Assembly: GCA_965203905.1 (NCBI GenBank)
Contig: CBDBDQ010000005.1
Coordinates: forward strand, 1,952,001 to 2,016,000
DNA length: 64,000 nucleotides
Direction: 5' to 3'
Origin: Spirochaetia bacterium
GTDB lineage: Bacteria; Spirochaetota; Spirochaetia; SZUA-6; Bin103
Shown here piece after piece: positions 10,403 through 19,290 of this stretch; the stretch's first letter is position 1, and every line of letters starts with the position of its first letter. Under the pieces are notes generated by a model. It did not search any database. It was not told the origin of the DNA and saw only the letters and a program-made list of their open reading frames with translations. A program made the translations under genes and the position numbers.

Positions 10403-11506
10403 ATGAGTAATAGACTCAAGAAACTCACAGTAAAGGGATTCAAAACGGTCGCTTCATGCATTGATTTTGAGTTCGGATCGCTTACGGCTCTAATCGGCGC
10501 CAATGGCGCTGGGAAGTCGAACTTCATTTCTTTTTTTCGAATGCTGAGCTGGGCGCTTGCAGATCCCAATAACCTGGAGCGGTATGTAGGCCGACAGGGA
10601 GGTGCCAGCACCCTCCTACATGATGGTCCGAACAACACTCGAGAGATTGAAACCGAGATTACAATTGTCACGGATACGGGTACCAACCAGTACGCGTTTC
10701 GATTGGCCTATGCGGCGGGAGACACCTTTATATTTGATTACGAGCGTTACGAGTTCTCCCGTTCACCAGATACGGTTCCGTACCGGAACGAACTAGCGGT
10801 CGGAGGCCGTGCGCCACAGCTTCTTTACTTGGCTTCGTATGACAAGACTGCCCGTTTCCTACGCGATCTGCTGAGGCGTATAGTCGTATATCAATTCCAC
10901 AATACATCAGACACGGCACGGGTACGGGGAAGATGGACGATCGATGATAGCCGATGGCTGAAGGAGGATGCTGGTAATCTAGCGCCAGTCCTGCTGAGGC
11001 TAAGAGAGGATGAGGGTGTGTATTATCAGCGAATTGTGGAAACAATTCGCCTTATTCTTCCATTTTTTTCTGACTTTGAATTGAATCCCGATCATGGGAG
11101 TCTACTCCTTCAGTGGCGTGAGCGGGACCGCGATCAGGTGTTCGGAGCGCCCCAGGCAGCGGACGGTATGTTGCGTGCGATGGCTCTCGTTACGCTCCTG
11201 TTGCAGCCAGAACAGGATTTGCCGGACGTCCTGTTCATAGACGAACCTGAGCTTGGGCTGCACCCATACGCAATTAACCTCATCGGAGGCTTGATACGTT
11301 CCTTAGCGACCCGGATACAGGTCGTTGTTGCCACTCAATCGACTCAACTGATCGATTGCTTTGAACCGAGCGACGTTGTTGTCGTTGAACGCGAGCAACG
11401 TAGTTCCTCCTTCCGTCGATTGGATGCTGACCAGCTTGTCGACTGGCTAACAGACTACTCGCTCTCTGAGCTATGGGAGAAGAACGTGCTCGGCGGGCGC
11501 CCGTAG
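10403..11506 (+). CDS. ABC/AAA_21-type ATPase
   Basis: Walker A GANGAGKS; signature variant AADGM; Walker B FIDEPELGLHP; ATQS; lower GC. Confidence 0.88.
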   Translation: MSNRLKKLTVKGFKTVASCIDFEFGSLTALIGANGAGKSNFISFFRMLSWALADPNNLERYVGRQGGASTLLHDGPNNTREIETEITIVTDTGTNQYAFRLAYAAGDTFIFDYERYEFSRSPDTVPYRNELAVGGRAPQLLYLASYDKTARFLRDLLRRIVVYQFHNTSDTARVRGRWTIDDSRWLKEDAGNLAPVLLRLREDEGVYYQRIVETIRLILPFFSDFELNPDHGSLLLQWRERDRDQVFGAPQAADGMLRAMALVTLLLQPEQDLPDVLFIDEPELGLHPYAINLIGGLIRSLATRIQVVVATQSTQLIDCFEPSDVVVVEREQRSSSFRRLDADQLVDWLTDYSLSELWEKNVLGGRP

Positions 11507-11511
11507 TCGCT

Positions 11512-11991
11512 GTGAAGCTCAACTTCCTGGTTGAAGGGCAGACCGAAGAGACCTTCGTGAACAGTGTATTACGACCACACTTGGAGAGTCGTTCGATCAA
11601 CACCGAAGTGCGTTGCGTAGTTACCAGTCGAAAGGGTGGTTACGAGTATCGCGGTGGCCTCAATTCCTATACTCAAGCTCGAACTGATATAGTTCGGTGG
11701 ATGAACGAAGAACGTGATTCCAACACGCGATTCACCACGATGTTCGACCTCTACCGGATGCCGAGAGACTTTCCCGAGTACCAGAATACGGAGACCATCA
11801 CTGATCCCTACGATAGAGTTTGTAGGTTGGAGCATGCGATACGCGTTGATCTGCACGACCCGAGATTCATTCCTTACATTCAACTGTACGAATTTGAGGC
11901 CCTGATTCTGGCGGAATCCGAAACGCTATTGGTGCAGTTTCCCGACTGTACTGTTAGGGCAAACTTCTGCGCAGTCGAAGTCGAGCGATGA
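11512..11991 (+). pseudogene. DUF4276 (TOPRIM-like) protein, C-terminally truncated
   Basis: VEGQTEE, TTMFDLY and PYIQLYEFEALIL motifs; the sequence breaks off shortly after and the usual C-terminal helical part is missing. Confidence 0.7.
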
Positions 11992-12650
11992 CCTCCTTTC
12001 TCAGTGTCCGCTTGCTCCTGGTGCGCCATGGGCAGGCGCGCAATGTTCCCGGCACCAGCTACGATGCCGCGCCGCTGTCGGCACTCGGCCGGATGCAGGG
12101 AGACGCGCTGGCGAACGCGTGTGCCAGGCGCCGGCCACACGCCCTGTATGCCAGCCCCGCACCACGGGCGGCCCAGACCGCCGCCATCATCGCTGCCGGC
12201 GCCGGGCTGAGCATGGCGGTCGATGAGCGCCTGCTGGAGTACCGTTTTGGCAGCATCACCGATCCCGGACTGACGCTGGAGCAGCTGCGGGAGCGGCGCG
12301 ACGATCTCCTGGTATGGGAGCCGGATCGCAAGTTGGCGGACGACAGCGAGACGTTGCGCGCGTTCGGGCTGCGGGTGGCTGCCGCGCTCGATGAGATCGT
12401 CACCCGGCACCTCGGCGGGAACGCGGTGATCGTCGCCCACGCGGGCAGCATCGACGCGGCGCTGCGCTGGGCGATCGGCATCGACCCGGGTACCCCCGTG
12501 ATGCACGACTTCCCGATCGCCAATGCCAGCATCACCGAGCTGATCCACTGGCCGCGCGGCCGGGTTGTCGGAGGTGCGCCGCGCTACACCGAATTCGTGA
12601 GCATCGGGTCGGTAGCCCACCTGCCGGCCGCGAGCCGCAGCGAGAACTGA
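11988..12650 (+). CDS. Histidine phosphatase (phosphoglycerate mutase-like) family protein
   Basis: LVRHG, SP..RAAQTA, LLEYRFG and VAHAG motifs. Confidence 0.9.
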   Translation: MTSFLSVRLLLVRHGQARNVPGTSYDAAPLSALGRMQGDALANACARRRPHALYASPAPRAAQTAAIIAAGAGLSMAVDERLLEYRFGSITDPGLTLEQLRERRDDLLVWEPDRKLADDSETLRAFGLRVAAALDEIVTRHLGGNAVIVAHAGSIDAALRWAIGIDPGTPVMHDFPIANASITELIHWPRGRVVGGAPRYTEFVSIGSVAHLPAASRSEN

Positions 12651-12662
12651 GGAGGCGGGGGC

Positions 12663-13469
12663 TCAGGAACGCCGGCCGCTGGTGCGGTAGCGGTGCACGG
12701 CCAGCGGGGCGAACACCGCGGTCAGGAGCAGTGCCCAGAGCAGCGTGTAGAGCACCGGGTGCTGCAGCGGCCACACCTCCGGGGGCGGCGTTCCGGGCGG
12801 GATGTTGCCGAACAGCTCGCGGGTGGCCTGGGTGACGGCGGAGATCGGGTTCCAGAGGGCGAAGGTGCGCAGCACCGGCGGCAGGTTCTCGGCCGGCACG
12901 AAGGTGTTGGCGACGAAGGTGAGCGGCATGGTCACCATGAACGAGGCGTTGTTGATCACCTCGACGCTCGGCACCAGCAGGCCGATGAACGCCATCACCC
13001 AGGAAAACGCGTACGCGAACACCAGCAGCAACCCGAACCCCGCCACGGCGTCGAGCACGGAGGTGTCGATGCCCCAGCCGACCAGCAGTCCGGTCAGGGC
13101 CATGATCAGCAGCGACAGCGCGTTGTACACCACGTCGCTGAGCGTGCGCCCCACCAGCAGGGCGCTGCGCGACATGGGCAGCGCGCGGAAGCGGTTGATG
13201 ATCCCCTTCTGGATGTCCTCGGCCAGGCCGGCACCGGTGAAGGCCGCGCCGAACACCACCGTCTGGGCGAAGATCCCGGCGATCAGGAACTCGCGGTAGG
13301 AGCCGCCGGGAATGTTGATGGAACCGCCGAACACGAAGGCGAACAGCAGCACGAACATGATCGGCGACAGCAGCACGAACACCAGCACGTCGGGTACCCG
13401 CTTGATCTTGATCACGTTGCGTTTGGCGATGACCGCGGCATCGCTGATGGAGTCGAGCAGCGCCTTCAT
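12663..13469 (-). CDS. ABC-2 type exporter permease (DrrB-like)
   Basis: About six TM segments; GIINRFRALPMSR; WNPIS motif; overlaps the ATPase stop. Confidence 0.9.
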   Translation of the reverse strand: MKALLDSISDAAVIAKRNVIKIKRVPDVLVFVLLSPIMFVLLFAFVFGGSINIPGGSYREFLIAGIFAQTVVFGAAFTGAGLAEDIQKGIINRFRALPMSRSALLVGRTLSDVVYNALSLLIMALTGLLVGWGIDTSVLDAVAGFGLLLVFAYAFSWVMAFIGLLVPSVEVINNASFMVTMPLTFVANTFVPAENLPPVLRTFALWNPISAVTQATRELFGNIPPGTPPPEVWPLQHPVLYTLLWALLLTAVFAPLAVHRYRTSGRRS

Positions 13470-14506
13470 TCCGTGGCCTCCTTTGGCTCGGCGCCATGGC
13501 CGGTCAGGGACAGGAACACGTCGTCCAGGGTCGGCCGGCGCAGCCCCACGTCCTGCACCGCAACCTGCGCCCGCTCCAGCTCGCGCAACGCCTGGGCCAG
13601 CACCGCCGCGCCGCCCTCGATCGGGGTAAGCAGCGAACGGTTGCGCGGGTCGGCCTGCTGCTCGCCGACCGCGAAGCGGGCCAGCGCCCGTTGCGCCGGC
13701 GCCAGCGCGGCGGCATCGGTCACCGTGAGCTCGATCCGCTCCGCGCCGACCAGCCCCTTCAGCTCGTCGGAAGTTCCCTCGGCGATGGCCCGGCCGTGAT
13801 CGATCACCAGGATCCGGTCGGCGAGCTGATCAGCCTCCTCCAGGTACTGGGTGGTGAGCAACACCGTGGTGCCGCCGCCCACCATGCCGCGGATCACCTC
13901 CCACAGCCGGCGCCGGCCGTGCGGGTCGAGGCCGGTGGTGGGCTCGTCCAGGAACAGCACCGGCGGCGCCGCCACCAGCGCGCCGGCCAGGTCGAGGCGC
14001 CGCCGCATGCCGCCGGAATAGGTCTTGACCGGGCGGTCGCCGGCGTCCACCAGGTCGAACAGCTCCAGCAGCTCGCGGGCACGGGCGCGGGCGCGCTGCC
14101 GGCCCAGGTGATAGAGACGGCCGATCATGTCGAGATTCTCGAACCCGGTGAGGTGCTCGTCCACGGCGGCGAACTGCCCCGACAGGCCGATGCGGCGGCG
14201 CACCGCACGCGGCTGCGCCACCACGTCGGCCCCGGCGATGCGCGCGCTGCCCGCATCCGGGGTGATCAGGGTGGCGAGAATCGACACCGCGGTGGTCTTG
14301 CCGGCCCCGTTCGGACCCAGCAACCCCAGCACGCTGCCCTCGGGCACGGCCAGGTCGAGCCCGTCGAGGGCGGTGACCTGCCGGTAGCGCTTGACCAGAC
14401 CGCTGGCTTCTACCGGATGCCTGGTCCGAAAATGGCCGCCACCGCGCACTGCCCCATGCGCCGTTTTCATGGTCTTCCGTGTCTCGGAGTGACCGTGCTG
14501 ACGCAT
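13466..14506 (-). CDS. ABC exporter ATP-binding protein (DrrA-like)
   Basis: GPNGAGKT, YSGGMRRR, FLDEPTTGLD, TTQY; C-term PTLDDVFL. The start lies in the palindromic element. Confidence 0.9.
   Translation of the reverse strand: MRQHGHSETRKTMKTAHGAVRGGGHFRTRHPVEASGLVKRYRQVTALDGLDLAVPEGSVLGLLGPNGAGKTTAVSILATLITPDAGSARIAGADVVAQPRAVRRRIGLSGQFAAVDEHLTGFENLDMIGRLYHLGRQRARARARELLELFDLVDAGDRPVKTYSGGMRRRLDLAGALVAAPPVLFLDEPTTGLDPHGRRRLWEVIRGMVGGGTTVLLTTQYLEEADQLADRILVIDHGRAIAEGTSDELKGLVGAERIELTVTDAAALAPAQRALARFAVGEQQADPRNRSLLTPIEGGAAVLAQALRELERAQVAVQDVGLRRPTLDDVFLSLTGHGAEPKEATE
14420..14506 (-). repeat. ~85-bp palindromic element, copy A
   Basis: Reverse complement aligns with 42045-42127; internal inverted repeat GAAAAYG...CRTTTTC. 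Confidence 0.85.
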
Positions 14507-14631
14507 GGGGACGCCGGCACGCGCAGGAGGCTGGCAAGTCGGATCTGTCTCACTGGCCGAATATACCACGGCGAGCGGCGCCGGAGACGGTCCCTTGCAG
14601 CGGCCGGCACTATCGCTGATCAATGGGAGCC

Positions 14632-15054
14632 ATGGTGCAGGTGGCGCCCGGCCTGGCGATTCCGGAGGAGGAGCTGGACGAACGCTTCATTCTTGCCGGC
14701 GGGCCGGGGGGACAGAACGTGAACAAGGTTGCCACCTCGGTGCAGCTGCGGTTCGACGTCGCGCGCTCACCGACCCTGCCGCCGGAGGTGCGGCAGCGGC
14801 TGCTGCGAAGTTCCGGCAGGCGGCTCACCGCGGACGGGGAGCTGATCATCACCGCGCGGCGGTATCGTACCCAGGAGGCGAACCGCCGCGATGCGCGGGC
14901 GCGGCTGGCGGCCGCCATCGCCCGCGCGCTGCAGGCACCCCGGCCGCGGCGGGAGACGCAGCCCAGCCGCGCCGCGCGCGAGCGGCGGCTGCAGGACAAG
15001 GCGCGCCGCGGCGCCGTCAAACGGCAGCGCTCCCGGCCCGGCGACGAAGATTGA
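14632..15054 (+). CDS. arfB: Alternative ribosome rescue peptidyl-tRNA hydrolase ArfB
   Basis: GPGGQNVNKV motif, RTQEANR and a basic C-terminal tail. Confidence 0.92.
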   Translation: MVQVAPGLAIPEEELDERFILAGGPGGQNVNKVATSVQLRFDVARSPTLPPEVRQRLLRSSGRRLTADGELIITARRYRTQEANRRDARARLAAAIARALQAPRPRRETQPSRAARERRLQDKARRGAVKRQRSRPGDED

Positions 15055-15086
15055 CCGCGGACGGGCGGTAGCACAGGAGGCAGAAC

Positions 15087-15971
15087 TTGAAGACCATCGC
15101 CATCATCAGCCCCGGCAACATGGGGCACGCGGTCGGGCGCCTGCTCGGCGAGCGCGGATTCGACGTGGTTACCGCGCTGGCGGGGCGTTCTGCGCGGACC
15201 CGGGGACTGGCCGCGCGGGCGGGGATCCGCGATCTGGGCGGCGTCGCGGCAGTGGTCGCGGCGGCCGACCTGGTGCTGTCGATCCTGCCACCGGCGGCGG
15301 CGGTCGCGGCCGCGGAGGAGGCGGCGGCGGGCATGGCCGCAAGCGGCGCGACTCCGCCCTTTGCCGACTGCAATGCGATCGCCCCCGCCACCACCGAGCG
15401 CATCGCGGAGCTGATACGGGGCGCTGGCGCCGACTACATAGACGCCGGCATCATCGGCGGGCCGCCGGCCAACGGCGCCGGGCCGCGCTTCTATGCCTCC
15501 GGTCCGGCCGCGCACCGGCTGCAGCCGCTGCAGGGAGGCGGCCTGGCGGTGCGCGACCTGGGCGGCGCGATCGGGCGCGCGTCGGCACTCAAGATGTGCT
15601 ACGCGGCGGTCACCAAGGGCACCTCCGCGCTGCAGTTCGCCCAGCTCGCCGCCGCCAGCCGGCTGGGGGTGGGCGAGGCGCTCGCCGGCGAGCTGTCGGA
15701 GAGCCAGGGTGCGGTCTACGCGGCGATGCGGCGGTCACTGCCGGGGCTGCCGGCCAAGGCGCCGCGCTGGATCGAGGAGATGCGCCAGATCGCGGCGACC
15801 TTCGAGTCGGTAGGGGTGCCCGGGCAGTTCCACCAAGGCGCCGCCGCACTGTACGAGTTGCTGAGCGCCACCCCGTTCGCCGCTGAGCCGGAGGAGGCGG
15901 TCGACACCTCGCGCAGCCTGGAGACCACCGTGGCGGCACTGGCGCAGGTGTGCGCCGAACGCAGCCCATAG
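15087..15971 (+). CDS. NAD(P)-dependent oxidoreductase, 3-hydroxyisobutyrate/6-phosphogluconate dehydrogenase family (DUF1932)
   Basis: SPGNMG Rossmann loop; DAGIIGGPP; ASALKMCYA..TKG; AGGAGG RBS before TTG. Confidence 0.85.
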   Translation: MKTIAIISPGNMGHAVGRLLGERGFDVVTALAGRSARTRGLAARAGIRDLGGVAAVVAAADLVLSILPPAAAVAAAEEAAAGMAASGATPPFADCNAIAPATTERIAELIRGAGADYIDAGIIGGPPANGAGPRFYASGPAAHRLQPLQGGGLAVRDLGGAIGRASALKMCYAAVTKGTSALQFAQLAAASRLGVGEALAGELSESQGAVYAAMRRSLPGLPAKAPRWIEEMRQIAATFESVGVPGQFHQGAAALYELLSATPFAAEPEEAVDTSRSLETTVAALAQVCAERSP

Positions 15972-16209
15972 CCTTGAGGCCTACCAACTACGCAAAAAAA
16001 CCCGGTCTAAAGACACATGGTCTTGAAACCGCGCCATGGCAATCTTCAGCAAATCAATCGAGTGACATCTTCCGGAACTTTGTCGGGAGAAAAACTGTCG
16101 TACTTGGCCCCCGACTTACGCAGTTCATCCAAGCGATCCAGGAGTACTTGGTTCGGACTCTCGGCGACGCAGGAATCCCAAGTCCCGGGTAACTGATTGT
16201 GCCAAGCTG

Positions 16210-18300
16210 TTAGCATCCCCCATTCATCCTCAACGTCGCGGAGAGGGCCTGCAGTACTCGCTGCGGGGTAAAGGGAGTGTGGCGCAGGCGTACGCCGGCC
16301 GCGGCGAACACGGCGTTGGCGATCGCTGCAGCGGCGGGGCCGTGGACCGCTTCGCCCGCTCCCAGGCTGGGCAACTCGGGCCGGTCCAGCAGGCGCAGCG
16401 TTACCGGGGGAGCTTCGCTGAAGCGCAGCACCGGATAGGAATCCCAGTCGGTGCTGGTAATGCAGCCGCCGTCCCAGCTCACCGCTTCCTTCAGCGTCCA
16501 GCTCGCCGCCTGCAGGAACCCGCCTTCGAGCTGGTTGGCGAGACCGTCGCGATCGATGATGCGGCCGGCGTCGGCGGCGATGGTGGCGTGCTCCAGGTGG
16601 ATGCAACCCTTGCCGGGGTCCACCTCCACGTCGCACACCACGGCGACGTGGCTCTGCAGGTTCTTGTAGCGGGCCAGCGCCACGCCGCGCCCGCGCCGCG
16701 CCCCGCCGCCGGCCGCTGGCGCGGCGGCAACGGCCGCGGTCAAGACCTGGCGCATGCGCTCGTCGTGCAGATGGCGCAGCCGGTACGCCACCGGATCGGC
16801 GCCGGCGCGGACCGCGAGCTCGTCCATGAACGACTCGGTGGCGAGAACGTTGGCGAAGGCTCCCAGGCTGCGCAGTGCCGAAACCCGCACCGGGGACTCG
16901 GGCACGAACCGGGTGACGATGCTCACCTGCGGAAACCGGTACGGCGGCTCCGCATTGCGCTGAGGTCCGGCGGTCAGGCCGCCGCGGTTGCGCGCCGGCG
17001 GCGGCGCCAGCGGCTGGCGCCGGTGCCAGGCGGCGAGCAGCGTGGAGTGGCCCGGCATGCTGCCGGGCCGGGTGCCGTGGGCATGGCTGCGCACCTCGTG
17101 GCGCCAGCGCAGGACGTCGCCGCCCGCGCTCAGATCGGCGGTGCAGGTGACGATCATCGCCGTGCCGAACGGCTCCCACCGGTTCTCGTCCGCGCGCGTC
17201 CACTTGACCAGCACCGGCCGCCCCGGCGCTGCCAGGGCCAGCAGCGCCGCATCCAGCGCCACGTCGTCGGCGCCGTTGTGGCCGTAGCAGCCGGCCCCGT
17301 CGACGTGGATCACGCGGATGCCGGCGGGCGCCCGCTGCAACGCCTCGGCCAACGCGGCGCGCAGCTGGAATGGTCCCTGGGTGTGCGACCAGACGATGAG
17401 GCGACCGCTTGGCTCCAGGCGCGCCGCGGCGGCCGAGGGGCCGAGCGCGGCATGCAGCAGAAACGGACGCGAGTAGGTGGCGCTGACCGTTGCCGCAACG
17501 GTGTCCTGCGGTGCGGCGCCACGCTCCAGGACAGGGTTGGTGTGGGCCGCGGCTCGTGCCAGTGCGGAGCGGCCGTCGGCGGGCGGCAGGTAGTCCGCGG
17601 GGCCGTGCCAGCGAGCGCCCGCGGCCAGCATGTCGCCGGCGGCGATCGCCTGTTCCTCGCGTTCCGCCACCACACCGACGAAGCTGCCGTCGACCACCAC
17701 GGCCAGCACCCCGCGCATGGCGCGGGCCTCGGCGGCCGGCAGCCCGGCCAGTCGCCGGCGGTAGCCGGGAGGACGCAACACGCGGGCGTGCACCATTCCC
17801 GGCAGGCGCAGGTCGTGCACGAAGGTATCGCAGGCGCGCACCAGCGCGGCGACGCGCGCCCGCGGCGCATCGCTGCCCGGGCGCGGTGACGCTGCCCCTG
17901 GGGCACCCGGCTCCAACTCGAGGAGATCCCAGTAGTCGACGGCTGCGCCACCGCCTGCGCGCCGGCGCACGCTGCCGGCGCACAGCTCCAGTGCGCCGAC
18001 CGGAACCTTCAGCCGCGCCGCGGCGCGCCGCAGCAACTCGCCGCGGACGGTGCGGGCGGCGGCGCGTACTGCTGCGCCGGTATGCTCCATCGAGTTGCTG
18101 CCGGCGGTAACGCCGTCGTCCGGGGTCAGATCGGTATCCCCGCACTGTACCCGGATGCGGCTCGATTCCAGCGCCAGCTCGCCGCTGCAGATCAGGGTCA
18201 GGGCGTCACGCAACCCCTGGCCCAGTTCCACCTTGCCGCTGAGCACCGTGAGCGTTCCGTCGTTCTCGAAGCGCAGGCGTCCCGCGATCGCGGTGGTCAT
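16210..18300 (-). CDS. Molybdopterin-binding large subunit, xanthine dehydrogenase / nicotinate dehydrogenase B-like
   Basis: GKVELGQG, GAGCYGHNG, LRSLGA, NQLEGG and GAGE motifs. Confidence 0.88.
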   Translation of the reverse strand: MTTAIAGRLRFENDGTLTVLSGKVELGQGLRDALTLICSGELALESSRIRVQCGDTDLTPDDGVTAGSNSMEHTGAAVRAAARTVRGELLRRAAARLKVPVGALELCAGSVRRRAGGGAAVDYWDLLELEPGAPGAASPRPGSDAPRARVAALVRACDTFVHDLRLPGMVHARVLRPPGYRRRLAGLPAAEARAMRGVLAVVVDGSFVGVVAEREEQAIAAGDMLAAGARWHGPADYLPPADGRSALARAAAHTNPVLERGAAPQDTVAATVSATYSRPFLLHAALGPSAAAARLEPSGRLIVWSHTQGPFQLRAALAEALQRAPAGIRVIHVDGAGCYGHNGADDVALDAALLALAAPGRPVLVKWTRADENRWEPFGTAMIVTCTADLSAGGDVLRWRHEVRSHAHGTRPGSMPGHSTLLAAWHRRQPLAPPPARNRGGLTAGPQRNAEPPYRFPQVSIVTRFVPESPVRVSALRSLGAFANVLATESFMDELAVRAGADPVAYRLRHLHDERMRQVLTAAVAAAPAAGGGARRGRGVALARYKNLQSHVAVVCDVEVDPGKGCIHLEHATIAADAGRIIDRDGLANQLEGGFLQAASWTLKEAVSWDGGCITSTDWDSYPVLRFSEAPPVTLRLLDRPELPSLGAGEAVHGPAAAAIANAVFAAAGVRLRHTPFTPQRVLQALSATLRMNGGC

Positions 18301-18331
18301 GGCGCCGGTCGGTCCGTCACCGCGTCACGGG

Positions 18332-18787
18332 TCACCGCTGCGCGGCGGCGCGCCGGACGGCATCGAGCATGCGATTGTGCGCCCCGCAGCGGCAGATGTT
18401 GCGGTCGAGGGCGGCCTGGATCTGGCTCCGCGTCGGCGCCGGGTTGCGTGCCAGCAAGGCCGCGGCGGCGATCATCACGCCGCTCGCACAGTACCCGCAC
18501 TGCACCGCGTTGGCGTCGATGAACGCCTGCTGAATGGGGTGCAGGGCGCCGCCCGGAGCCAGCCCCTCCACGGTGACGATCTCGCTGCCGGCCACGGTGC
18601 CGGCCGGCATCCGGCAGGTGGGCGTGGGGCTGCCGTCGATCAGCACCATGCACGACCCGCACTGCTCCATCCCGCAGCCGTACTTCGGGCTGGCCAGCCG
18701 CAGGTCGTTGCGCAGCACCAGCAGCAGCGGCGTGTCCGGCGCCGCGGGCACGCGGTGCGTCGTGCCGTTGACGCGCAGGGTAGTCAT
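18332..18787 (-). CDS. (2Fe-2S)-binding small subunit (CoxS/NicA-like)
   Basis: GCGMEQCGSC, QCGYC and NICRCG motifs. Confidence 0.92.
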   Translation of the reverse strand: MTTLRVNGTTHRVPAAPDTPLLLVLRNDLRLASPKYGCGMEQCGSCMVLIDGSPTPTCRMPAGTVAGSEIVTVEGLAPGGALHPIQQAFIDANAVQCGYCASGVMIAAAALLARNPAPTRSQIQAALDRNICRCGAHNRMLDAVRRAAAQR

Positions 18788-18906
18788 CGCTGCTCCGCGC
18801 GGCCGGCGGGCGCCGGGTAACACACTCGTGAGTCCTCCACACCCGCGGTCATATCACGCTGCCGGCCGCGGGTCCAACGGGCAGCGACGGGCAGCGGCGG
18901 TTGCGG

Positions 18907-19200
18907 TTACCGGCGCCGGCGTGGCCGCCGGACAGCCTCCGGGTGGACGCAGCCGCCGTGCTGGTAGTAGCGGCAGTCGGCGTAGTAGCAGACCGGCCGC
19001 CGCACCACCGGACACTGGGCCGGGATCGCGGTGGGCTCGGCGATATCGCCCGCGACGGTCTGTCGCGAGCGGTTCGGCCGCGCCGGTGCGCCGGGGCTTG
19101 GGCTCGGCGGCGGAGCTGCCGCCGGGCGTTGTGGGGCCGCCGGCTCCTCGAACGGGAGCTCAAACTGCTCAGCCACGGCGCGCGATCCCGCGCCGGACAA
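18907..19200 (-). CDS. Small Cys-rich hypothetical protein
   Basis: QFELPF N-term and CPV...CYYADCRYY..GGC; co-oriented between metG and the 2Fe-2S gene; start may be GTG 19176. Confidence 0.45.
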   Translation of the reverse strand: MSGAGSRAVAEQFELPFEEPAAPQRPAAAPPPSPSPGAPARPNRSRQTVAGDIAEPTAIPAQCPVVRRPVCYYADCRYYQHGGCVHPEAVRRPRRRR

Positions 19201-19290
19201 CGCCGCTTTGCAGCAGCGCGAGCCTGCGGTGTCCGGTCCGCGTCGATGCCGGCAGCCTTCGACGTTGCAAAAACGGGTGCATCTTTGCGG

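Noticed and set aside
11950-11960. Integron attC-like GTTAGGG at cassette borders
   Set aside because: Does not fit GTTRRRY with a paired RYYYAAC, and the integrase is P4-like rather than IntI.
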